A DNA stretch of 64,000 bases from an uncultured virus (IMG/VR IMGVR_UViG_3300050821_019438) (Duplodnaviria; Heunggongvirae; Uroviricota; Caudoviricetes), in IMG/VR virus record IMGVR_UViG_3300050821_019438; one strand, 5' to 3'. The notes under the pieces were generated by a model. That model searched no databases. It had not been told where the DNA came from and saw only the letters and a list, made by a program, of their open reading frames with translations. Shown here piece by piece: positions 18,793 to 26,511 of this stretch (the first letter of the stretch is position 1; each line of letters opens with the position of its first letter). Made by a program: the position numbers and the translations under genes.

Positions 18793-19820
18793 GTCTTCCC
18801 GAGCTTCCCCGCCTTCGCGAACGAGTAGTGTTTCGATCCGGCCAAGATCACGTGATCCAGCAGGACCAGATCTACTTCCTTGCAAGCGCGTTGAATCGTC
18901 TTCGTGAGCGCGACATCTGAATCGCTTGGTCGAACAACGCCACTAGGATGGTTATGGCAAACGATTATCCCAGTAGCTCCGTCTACCAAAGCGATTCTGA
19001 GAACTTCCGCCGTCGGCACCTCAACACGGTCCCTCGCGCCGCGAGCAATCTCGCTCAGCCCGCGGCACTGAAGTTGAGTGTCGATCAGGATCACGACGAA
19101 AATTTCTTGCCCCTTAGTCGACATGAACTTGCCGACGATTTCAGCAACCTTCTTCGAGTTCTTGATCGGCCCAAGCGCCCGCAATTCCGCCAGGCACCCC
19201 TTGAACGTCTCCGGATTTTGCTGCTCTATCCGGACCCACGGCAAGCAGTTGTGCTCTCGCTTCGCGTACGCACCTGCTAGCTTCTCTGGGAAAGCGTGCT
19301 CCGTGGAGCTCTTGACCTCATATCCTCCGCCCTCTTTTGCTACGTAGCGATCGAAGATCAGGGCGTTCGGTGTACCGGACCCGTCCCCGCAATCTGATCC
19401 ACAGCACGCGACCTGATCGCCGCTCGGCTCCGCGACCGCGAAGAGCGGCTCGCTCGCCGTGTTGCCGGTCATGAGTCGTCCACGACCGGCGAACGCGACC
19501 TCGGTCTTCTGGGTGCCGACGACTGCAACATCAACGGCACCTGCACCGCCGCACCCACAGCCGCCGGGCTTGGCGGCGCCCCCCTCTATAGAGGTGAGGG
19601 GTGCCGGCCGACCGTACGTCTGCTCGTCGACGGCGAGGCCGCTGAGCTCGTCCGCTTGATCAGCCTGGACCCAGCGCTTGGCCTGGTCGAACGGAACGGC
19701 GACCAAAACGGCTGTACCTCCGAGCGAGCTCAGCATCCAAGCTCGAGTCGTCCCGTCTTTCAGGGTGAAGACGAGCTGAAGGCGGACAGAATAGCCAGGT
19801 GTGTTTTGTGCGTGGTTCAT
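18789..19820 (-). CDS. JAB/MPN (RadC-like) domain protein with long N-terminal extension
   Basis: QEIFVVILID...HNHPSG...PSDSD...LLDHVI JAMM motif; probable start MNHAQ. Confidence 0.85.
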   Translation of the reverse strand: MNHAQNTPGYSVRLQLVFTLKDGTTRAWMLSSLGGTAVLVAVPFDQAKRWVQADQADELSGLAVDEQTYGRPAPLTSIEGGAAKPGGCGCGGAGAVDVAVVGTQKTEVAFAGRGRLMTGNTASEPLFAVAEPSGDQVACCGSDCGDGSGTPNALIFDRYVAKEGGGYEVKSSTEHAFPEKLAGAYAKREHNCLPWVRIEQQNPETFKGCLAELRALGPIKNSKKVAEIVGKFMSTKGQEIFVVILIDTQLQCRGLSEIARGARDRVEVPTAEVLRIALVDGATGIIVCHNHPSGVVRPSDSDVALTKTIQRACKEVDLVLLDHVILAGSKHYSFAKAGKLGKT

Positions 19821-19861
19821 GCGACCCAGCTTACCCCAGTCCGCGTTCCTGGTCCTCGTCC

Positions 19862-20317
19862 CTAGTCCGCCGCCGTCATGGCTTCGACGATCGATTTGCC
19901 GTCGACTTCGCCGTTCGTTGTCGGCACCGTCACACCACCGCGGGTGGGCACGGCGACCGCTGAATTCGGCGCGTCGTTCGGGACGAGGCGACCGCAGACG
20001 GCCGAGCCGTTTTGCAAGACACGAACGAAGACGCCGTACCCCGTCTCGCCGCCGCGCTCGATCGAGATGATGTCTCCCTCGTTGTAGCCGACGACGTCGG
20101 GACCGATGCTCAGGACGACGTAGCAAGCGTCTTTCGTCTTGTTACCCGGAAGTACCAGTGTCGACTTGTTCGGTTCGTACGCCACCTTCTGGCAGAAGAG
20201 GAACCCCGGGCCCGCTTGCCACTTGTAATTGCCCGCCGTCAGGCGAGGGTCCTTCTCCGGCTCGTACGTCCTCACGCTGCCCACCGGCACCGTTGTCTTC
20301 ATGTCGTCCGTTCCCAT
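19862..20317 (-). CDS. GroES/Cpn10-like co-chaperonin (divergent)
   Basis: LVLPGNKTKD...VVLSIGPDVVGYNEGDII resembles the GroES mobile loop and VxAVGP..V..GD pattern; GGAGGAG RBS. Confidence 0.55.
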   Translation of the reverse strand: MGTDDMKTTVPVGSVRTYEPEKDPRLTAGNYKWQAGPGFLFCQKVAYEPNKSTLVLPGNKTKDACYVVLSIGPDVVGYNEGDIISIERGGETGYGVFVRVLQNGSAVCGRLVPNDAPNSAVAVPTRGGVTVPTTNGEVDGKSIVEAMTAAD

Positions 20318-20520
20318 CACTCATCTCCTCCGGAAGTTCTTCGTGTAGCAGTCGGTCGTAAAGCCTCTTCGTGATGACGTCGAGCTCGGTAGCAAGCCAA
20401 ACCCGTTCCTTGTCGTCGCTTTGCCCGGTCCACGCTTTCTTGAGCGCAGCGTCGCGCAACCTGACAACGTTCTGCAAAACCCGCAAGTGCTGGAGTAGCG
20501 CTGAGCTCATTTTTCCCTCG

Positions 20521-20666
20521 TTGGCTGAAAGCCCCCGCGCGACTCTGTCCGACCCTACGCGCAGGTCAGACCTCGCAACGACCGGTCCGCGGAGAAGCGC
20601 CGCTAAGGGGCTTTCAACCAAAGAAGAGCGCGCCCCCGCTGGGAGGTTCAATTCCGACGGGGGCAC
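20521..20666 (-). ncRNA. Structured leader or small RNA upstream of ATG at 20510
   Basis: 15-bp stem 20521-20535/20607-20621 enclosing two hairpins, plus a GC-rich hairpin at about 20630-20666. Confidence 0.4.
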
Positions 20667-20702
20667 GTGCTCTTGTAATACGAAAGTGTGCGGGGCGTCA
20701 AC

Positions 20703-20918
20703 TCACGCTGGCACGGCCGGCAAGGCTTTGATGGCCTGCACGGCCTGGTCGAATTCTGCCTGCGTCGCACCCGATTTGACCAGGAGCCACGCCGCGAGAT
20801 TCGCCGCGGACTCCACGGTCATCACCGCCGGGCGCTTCGCGATGTTGCCGATGGTGATGTTCTCGTCATCCGCGCCGCTAATGGCGACGGCAAAGATGTT
20901 GTCGATATCAATCTTCAT
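20703..20918 (-). CDS. Hypothetical protein
   Basis: 71 aa, AAGGAG RBS. Confidence 0.6.
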   Translation of the reverse strand: MKIDIDNIFAVAISGADDENITIGNIAKRPAVMTVESAANLAAWLLVKSGATQAEFDQAVQAIKALPAVPA

Positions 20919-20929
20919 GGGGACGCTCC

Positions 20930-21205
20930 TTACCTACGGCTCCTAGCACGCTTCGCCGGACGCTCCTCTTCTTCTTCCTCTTCCTCTTCTTCCTCTTCGT
21001 CTTCAGGATCGGGCCGCTCGTAACCCGGTTCGTAGCGCTCGAGGTACTCCTCGACCATCTCGTCGGCGAGCTCCACCGCGTCGTCGAGAACTTCCTCGAA
21101 CTTCTTCTTCGGATTTCCGCCGAGCCCCGAGAGCGCCGCCGACGCAAACGCGAGCCACGCCTGCCGCTCTTCGAGCGGACTAATGGTACCGTCGGTCTTG
21201 CTCAT
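20930..21205 (-). CDS. Small acidic protein with poly-Glu tract
   Basis: Start MSKTDG (ATGA overlap); long Glu run then basic tail. Confidence 0.65.
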   Translation of the reverse strand: MSKTDGTISPLEERQAWLAFASAALSGLGGNPKKKFEEVLDDAVELADEMVEEYLERYEPGYERPDPEDEEEEEEEEEEEERPAKRARSRR

Positions 21206-22083
21206 GATTCCACCATCCAAGGTTGCGGAAATAGGTTTGGCGCTTGCTCGACTGCAACCTTTCGGAGCTTCCGCGCGAAGCGCTGAATCTCGAGGTCCGC
21301 GGCGTTGTTCGCGCGCTCACGCACCAACTTTGCAATGGCTGCTGGGTTGGTCGTCCAAATGAAACTGGTCTCGGCTTGATGCGGCAGAAAGCTTGAGGCG
21401 GCCTCGTAGATACGTTTCTTGTCAAGGCTGGTGGGCGGCTTTCCGTACACGATTTCCCACGCGTCGCATTCGCGGGAGACTGCGCCAAGATAATTGGCGT
21501 AGGCCGACTGCATCGACTCCTTGAAATGCGTCTGCATACGAAGACGATGCGTCTCGTCCGCGTATCCAAACTCGAGGCTAGAATACTTCGGGGGCTCGAT
21601 GAAAAAGCCGTAGTGATGAGTAAAGCGCGTCGATTCCTGCGACGGAGCGCCCTCCTCGTCACGGTCTGCACCGACGTAGTTGCGGATGATCTCGTGGCTC
21701 ACGCGTCGAGAGACTCCCGCAAAGAAGAACGTCATCTTCGCGTGATAGAGAATGCTGGCGTGCGGGATGTCGCCCTGCTGCGTATTCTTGATGTACTCGG
21801 CGTTCGTCTTCTTGCCTGCTTTGAGTCCGAACGAGTCGTAGCATTTTCGCCCAGCCAGCTCGACGAGCAGCTCGTTGTCTGACAGCCGGCGCCCGTTCTC
21901 CATGAACGGATGAGGGAAAAGAGATTCCCAATTGCGATTTGGCTCGTCGGGCAAGCACTCAGGTCGATGGGTCTCGACCCAATTCATCATCTCAGTGATT
22001 CCGGACGGAACGAGTTCCATGGCCGCGATGAGCAAGACAGTGGGCTCGTCAGTGAGAATGGTGACTTTCTTCTCGATGCTCAT
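21202..22083 (-). CDS. thyX: Flavin-dependent thymidylate synthase (divergent motif)
   Basis: ELAGRKCY, HASILYH, VSRRVSHEIIR, SQESTRF, ADLEIQRFA. Confidence 0.85.
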   Translation of the reverse strand: MSIEKKVTILTDEPTVLLIAAMELVPSGITEMMNWVETHRPECLPDEPNRNWESLFPHPFMENGRRLSDNELLVELAGRKCYDSFGLKAGKKTNAEYIKNTQQGDIPHASILYHAKMTFFFAGVSRRVSHEIIRNYVGADRDEEGAPSQESTRFTHHYGFFIEPPKYSSLEFGYADETHRLRMQTHFKESMQSAYANYLGAVSRECDAWEIVYGKPPTSLDKKRIYEAASSFLPHQAETSFIWTTNPAAIAKLVRERANNAADLEIQRFARKLRKVAVEQAPNLFPQPWMVES

Positions 22084-23213
22084 GTGAACGAGAACCTCGA
22101 CTTCGGAGGAGCCGCTGCCGGTGGCGGCGGAGCTGCCTGAGGCACTGCCGGCTGAGGAGCTGCCTGAGGTGCTGCCGGCGGAGGCGCTGCCTGCGGCGCC
22201 TGCGTCGCCGCCGCGTAATAAGCTTTCATGCGTTCGACCAAGAACTCCGGAGGTTCACACTCCGGGTGCATGGTCCACGCGCGGGCGAGATCACACTGCA
22301 TGCTCGTCCACTCCGCGACCTCGATGAGGTTGAGCGGTAGTCCAAGCTTGGCCAAGTCCGTGACGAGCTGCGACAGGTTCTCCCGGGCCGCAGCCGGCTT
22401 TTCCCTCGCCGCTGTCGGCGCCGCTACCGGCATCACAACCGACGCCGCACCTTCACGCGACGCCTTCAACCTCTCGAGCTCGTCAGTCGACGTCTCAGGA
22501 GTTCGGCCGAGCGCTGCATCACGCGCCGCTTTGTTCTCGGGCGTCTCGGCTGGAATCGCCGCCGCAGCCGCAGCCGCCGCAGCTTCCGCCGCCAGCGTCT
22601 TCTTGTTTTTCGCGCCAGCCGGACGACCTTTCCCCTTCTTCCCCTTGTTCTCGGTCTCTTCCACGCTCCGAATCGTGACCGACCAGCTCACATGACACTG
22701 CGAGCACGTCACGACATGCGGTCCGGGCTTGTCGTCCTTCGGCTCGATGGTCCATCCTGTCGTCGGACATGTGCACGGCCCGTCGACCATTCGCGCAGGC
22801 GGAGTCGGGGTCTTGCAAAGCTTCCCCTCACCGGTGTGCCTGTACACCGTATCGACGTTGACCTCTACGCCTTGATCACAGGCAGCGCAGCCTGCCGCAA
22901 CGGCTGGCTCGCTAGCTGCCGATGCAGGCAGCACCGGTGTCGTCTTGGGCTCCTGAGTCGGAGGAGTCGGAACGCTCTCACCTACGATCGTCGCTTCAGG
23001 GTGATCCTTCTTGAACGCCGCGTTGTCGGCCGCCACTTTGGCGCCGCGCTCCTCGAGCCCCTTGAGGAATCCTCGCAAGATGGCGAGCACGCACTCGTGC
23101 GAACACGCGTCGGCACGAGCCGTCTCTCCCCACCCGGCCGCTAGCGTCACGCCTCCGTTGAAGTCGTCTACCTTTCGACCGCACGCATCACACGTCACCG
23201 TCATTGTTCTCAT
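22080..23213 (-). CDS. Zn-finger and low-complexity hypothetical protein
   Basis: Probable start MRTMTVTCDACG; several CxxC pairs; Pro/Ala/Gln tail. Confidence 0.65.
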   Translation of the reverse strand: MRTMTVTCDACGRKVDDFNGGVTLAAGWGETARADACSHECVLAILRGFLKGLEERGAKVAADNAAFKKDHPEATIVGESVPTPPTQEPKTTPVLPASAASEPAVAAGCAACDQGVEVNVDTVYRHTGEGKLCKTPTPPARMVDGPCTCPTTGWTIEPKDDKPGPHVVTCSQCHVSWSVTIRSVEETENKGKKGKGRPAGAKNKKTLAAEAAAAAAAAAIPAETPENKAARDAALGRTPETSTDELERLKASREGAASVVMPVAAPTAAREKPAAARENLSQLVTDLAKLGLPLNLIEVAEWTSMQCDLARAWTMHPECEPPEFLVERMKAYYAAATQAPQAAPPPAAPQAAPQPAVPQAAPPPPAAAPPKSRFSFT

Positions 23214-23367
23214 CGCCCCACCTTCACCTTTCGTTTCGACCGCTCTCGCCGCAGGCGCTTCTTCGTGAGTCGCCGGTAGTAGAGGTGCTCGCTGTACGGG
23301 CGTCCGCGAATCCAACCGCGCTCCACCGAGCTACGGCGCTTTGACTTGTTCGGTCTCGTTCCCGCAA

Positions 23368-23604
23368 TCATTGGCATCTCCTCATCAACTTTCGGAAGAC
23401 TCTTGCCGACGTCGACGGACGACTCTCGAGCGCAAGCACGCGCTGGAGAGTCATCACGTTTTCGTCGAGCCTCTTTGCAAGCTCTCCTATCGACATGTTC
23501 CCGCGACCGTCACAGCACGGGCACCGAACGGCTAGGTCGTATCCGTCACGAGGACGTAAGACCCAGCCGAGGGTGCAGCGCTCACACCGGAACGGTCGCG
23601 TCAC
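23368..23604 (-). CDS. Small Zn-ribbon/HTH protein
   Basis: CERC...CPCC then SIGELAKRLDENVMTLQRV. Confidence 0.55.
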   Translation of the reverse strand: MTRPFRCERCTLGWVLRPRDGYDLAVRCPCCDGRGNMSIGELAKRLDENVMTLQRVLALESRPSTSARVFRKLMRRCQ

Positions 23605-23765
23605 CTTTTCTTCGGTCCCATCAAGACTTCGATGATTCCGATCAGAGCCGTGCGAAGCTCGTGCGCTGCAAACTGATCGAACTTCGCACGTTCGAGACGA
23701 TCTCGAATTCTCTCGAGCCTCTCCCGCTTCGTCTCTTCTTGCTGCCCGTTGACGTAACGATTCAC
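23601..23765 (-). CDS. 54-aa hypothetical protein (below ORF track cutoff)
   Basis: GTGA overlaps at both ends; MNRYVNGQQEETKRERLERIRDRL... Confidence 0.5.
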   Translation of the reverse strand: MNRYVNGQQEETKRERLERIRDRLERAKFDQFAAHELRTALIGIIEVLMGPKKR

Positions 23766-24421
23766 GCCTCGGCTGCCGCGCCCGATACGCCGTTCGACTC
23801 GATGTGTTTGTCGAGGGCCGCGAGCGCCTTCTTCTTGCTCTTCTTCGGCGCCTTCGGCTTCGCTGCGCCGTTCGACTTGGCCTTTGCCTTGGCCGGCTTC
23901 GCCTTCGCGGGCTTCGCCTTCTTCGGCGCCGCCTTCGCCCTGGCCTTCGCCGGCTTGGACTTCTTCGCCGGCTTGGCCTTCGCGGGCTTCGCCTTCGCAG
24001 CGCTCTTGACCGCGCCGACGGTGTACTCGGTCGCGCGCTTGTTACCCTGCTTCTTCAGGCCCTTGGTGTCGAGCGCGAGCTGGAGCGGCTTCATCCACTC
24101 CTTCTTGTCGATGGCGAGCGCGGCTCGGACGGCCTCGGCGCGCATGGGGACCCCCGCCTGCTTCACGTAGGCGACGATCTTGTTGGCCATCCCGTCGATG
24201 TCCTCCGCGGACCGACGCGCGAGACGACCGGACTTCTTGGCGGGGCCCGGCGGACGACCGCGGCGGGGCTTGTCACCACCGTTGGTGGTGGGCGCAGTGG
24301 TGCGAGCGCCGCTGAACCGGTCGCCGATGAGGTCTTCGAGCGAGCACTCGCGAATGGCGGCCATGACGCCCGAGACGAAGTCAGCTGAGAGCGATGCGAT
24401 CTTTTCACGAAGCTGTTCCAT
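23762..24421 (-). CDS. Histone-like DNA-binding protein (AT-hook-like motif, winged-helix-like core, Lys/Ala tail)
   Basis: RRGRPPG; RRSAEDI...LKKQGNKRATEY; AKPAKAK repeats; AAAGGAG RBS. Confidence 0.8.
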   Translation of the reverse strand: MEQLREKIASLSADFVSGVMAAIRECSLEDLIGDRFSGARTTAPTTNGGDKPRRGRPPGPAKKSGRLARRSAEDIDGMANKIVAYVKQAGVPMRAEAVRAALAIDKKEWMKPLQLALDTKGLKKQGNKRATEYTVGAVKSAAKAKPAKAKPAKKSKPAKARAKAAPKKAKPAKAKPAKAKAKSNGAAKPKAPKKSKKKALAALDKHIESNGVSGAAAEA

Positions 24422-24444
24422 GAGATTTCTCCTTTGTTGATCCG

Positions 24445-24503
24445 TGGACCGTGGGGGAGTCGAACCCCCGTGCCTAGGATGCGCTTCCCGCGCCTAACGG
24501 CCC
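24445..24503 (-). ncRNA. 59-nt tRNA-like element lacking a D arm, with Ala identity elements
   Basis: Acceptor GGGCCGU/ACGGUCC (G3-U70), discriminator A, T arm GGGGG-UUCGACU-CCCCC, one central hairpin; no encoded CCA. Confidence 0.65.
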
Positions 24504-25113
24504 GGTAATAGTAACGAGGGTGAGGTTATGCAAGCGTCTTGACGATTATTTAGTTCTGAAGCTCCTTATTTTTCTCCGTTCGCCGCTCGAACGCAGTCAA
24601 CCCGGCTCGGTCCAGTCGATTATTGACCTCGTCGATGCGTTTGCTCTGAATGTCGAGTCTCTCCGACATGATTCGAATGGTCGAGCGCACAACAAAGAAC
24701 GTGATCATCGACGCCGCACATTGAATCAACGTGCATATGGTGATGAATAGGCTCATGCGTTCTTCTTCCTGTTCTTCAACCTCTTTTTGAGACGAGCGAT
24801 CTCCTGCCACGAAACCTGCTGAGCGCCTTCTGCCTGCGTAACCCGCGCATGCAGCTGAGCCGTGATGGTCTTGTTGCGCTCGACCTCACGATCGAATTCC
24901 TGCTTCAGGTAAGCAGCTTCGGCCTCCGCGACGAGCGCCCGCAACTCGGCGGCGTAGCGCTTCGCCTTCTCCGTCGAGATGAACGCACCTGGCTCCCACG
25001 GACACGGAATGTTCCAAAAACTTCTGGGAGTCCCTAGGCTCGACGGCTTGTCTCCGAGCGGTCGTGCCGAGGAGATGCGCGCGTCCATGTCGTCTTGGCT
25101 CAAAATTTCCATC

Positions 25114-25398
25114 TCACTTTCCGAAATCGAACTTCGCCCAGATCTCCGCGATGGCAGTGGCCTTCACGACCTTCTTCTCACCCGCGTGCAGCGCGAACCA
25201 ATCCCGCATCGCGTCAGCGCAGTCGCGCGCCTCTTCGATCTTCCCTGCCGAGTCCTCGCCGAGCTTGTCCCTAATTAGGGCCCAGAGACCAACGAGGAGG
25301 TGCGCGCTCGGGTCACGCGCCAGCAGGACGAACATCGGCTCGTCCGGCGCGGCAGCAGCGTAGCAGTCGAACTCGCCCGGCTTCTCTTTCGTCCCCAT
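25114..25398 (-). CDS. Conserved phage hypothetical protein (DEPMFVLLARD type)
   Basis: FDCYAAAAPDEPMFVLLARDPSA motif familiar from phage proteins. Confidence 0.65.
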   Translation of the reverse strand: MGTKEKPGEFDCYAAAAPDEPMFVLLARDPSAHLLVGLWALIRDKLGEDSAGKIEEARDCADAMRDWFALHAGEKKVVKATAIAEIWAKFDFGK

Positions 25399-25793
25399 CA
25401 GTACCTCGTCTTCCTAAAGTTCACGTACATCACTAACTCCGGGTAGTCCGCGACCAGCTTCCTCGCGATATAGGCCGTGTAGTTGTTGTTGAGGAGGTAT
25501 TCCTCGGTCTCTCCTTTCATGAGCTCGCACTCCCATCGCACGCGTTCCGCCAGGTGCTTCGCTCCGAACTTCTGGAAACGCGCTTTCTTCTCCATCGCGA
25601 ACTGGACGAACAGCGCATAGACGTACGGATGCGTGAGTAGGTATTGCTCGGTCTCCTCTCGTAGGTTCCTCTTCCCTGGGTTGTTCTTTCGTGCCGGCGT
25701 GACAACCGGTGGGTCGGTGATCTGGAACTGGAAGCGCTGTGGTGTCGTTGGCGGCGTCGCGGCCGGCGGACCGAAGGTGAACCTACTGCTCAT
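25398..25793 (-). CDS. Conserved phage hypothetical protein
   Basis: FGAKHLAERVRWE...LNNNYTAYIARKL. Confidence 0.65.
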   Translation of the reverse strand: MSSRFTFGPPAATPPTTPQRFQFQITDPPVVTPARKNNPGKRNLREETEQYLLTHPYVYALFVQFAMEKKARFQKFGAKHLAERVRWECELMKGETEEYLLNNNYTAYIARKLVADYPELVMYVNFRKTRY

Positions 25794-25810
25794 TCAAGAA
25801 CCCTCGGCGG

Positions 25811-25848
25811 CAACCCAGCCCTCCCGGTCGAGAGGAGGAGCTGGGTTG
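25811..25848 (-). other. Stem-loop, twin of 3421..3458
   Basis: Minus-strand CAACCCAGC-U-CCUCCU...GGGAGGGCUGGGUUG in an intergenic gap. Confidence 0.6.
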
Positions 25849-26307
25849 AGAGGCAGGCCACGCTGCGTGTTCGTAGTACGCTGCGCCGTTCGCCCCTTAC
25901 CCTGGTGTCGAAGGGCTCCCGCCGGAATCATCACCACGTTCTACTCGCCTTGTCCCTCGCTGACTCGAGAGCTCCTTTGATTCCTTCTCTGGCAGCCTTC
26001 TCGACTTGCTTGATCGCCGCGTCGATGAGTTGCTTCTCGATTGCTGGCAGCGCAGCGAGGATGGCTTCCGTCATCCTCTCCTTCATTCCACTCTTCGTCA
26101 GGACTTCCGGAACAATAGCCTCCATCGCCGCACGCAGTGCGTTCCAGTCTCCGGCGGCCGCAGTGATGAGCTGATCGGCGAGCTTCTGTCTGTACTCCGG
26201 CGAGGCGTCCGTCCACGCCTGCCGAATGAGCTGGGCGAGCCCTTGCGCTCCCGCGATCTCGCGCGTGAGCTCGACGATGCGCGAGGCTTCTTGTCCTCCG
26301 GGCTGCG

Positions 26308-26511
26308 TCATTCGGGTAGCGCCGCGCGCACGGCGGCGTCCTTTCCTTCGAGGAGCTTGCGCAATGCGACCGTGCGCTCGGCGTTTCGCGGCAGCGTCTG
26401 CACGAGATGCTCGGCGAGGTCCGCGAACGGCTTGGAGACCGCTCGCAGCTTGTCGTCCAGGTGCGTGTACGAGAAGAACCTCATGATGGGGTCGATGTTC
26501 GGGGTATTCAT
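26308..26511 (-). CDS. Helical-hairpin protein, possible Acb2/Tad1-like signal sponge
   Basis: FFSYTHL...VSKPF...LPRNAERTVALRKLLEGKDAAVRA; family assignment is an inference. Confidence 0.45.
   Translation of the reverse strand: MNTPNIDPIMRFFSYTHLDDKLRAVSKPFADLAEHLVQTLPRNAERTVALRKLLEGKDAAVRAALPE

Noticed and set aside
20630..20666. GGTTCAATTCC T-loop-like sequence on the plus strand
   Set aside because: The T stem pairs poorly and the rest of a cloverleaf is missing; treated as part of the structured leader.
23267..23340. tRNA-like start GCGCCGTAGCTCGGTGGAGC on the minus strand
   Set aside because: No T-loop or proper anticodon arm follows; at most an intergenic hairpin.
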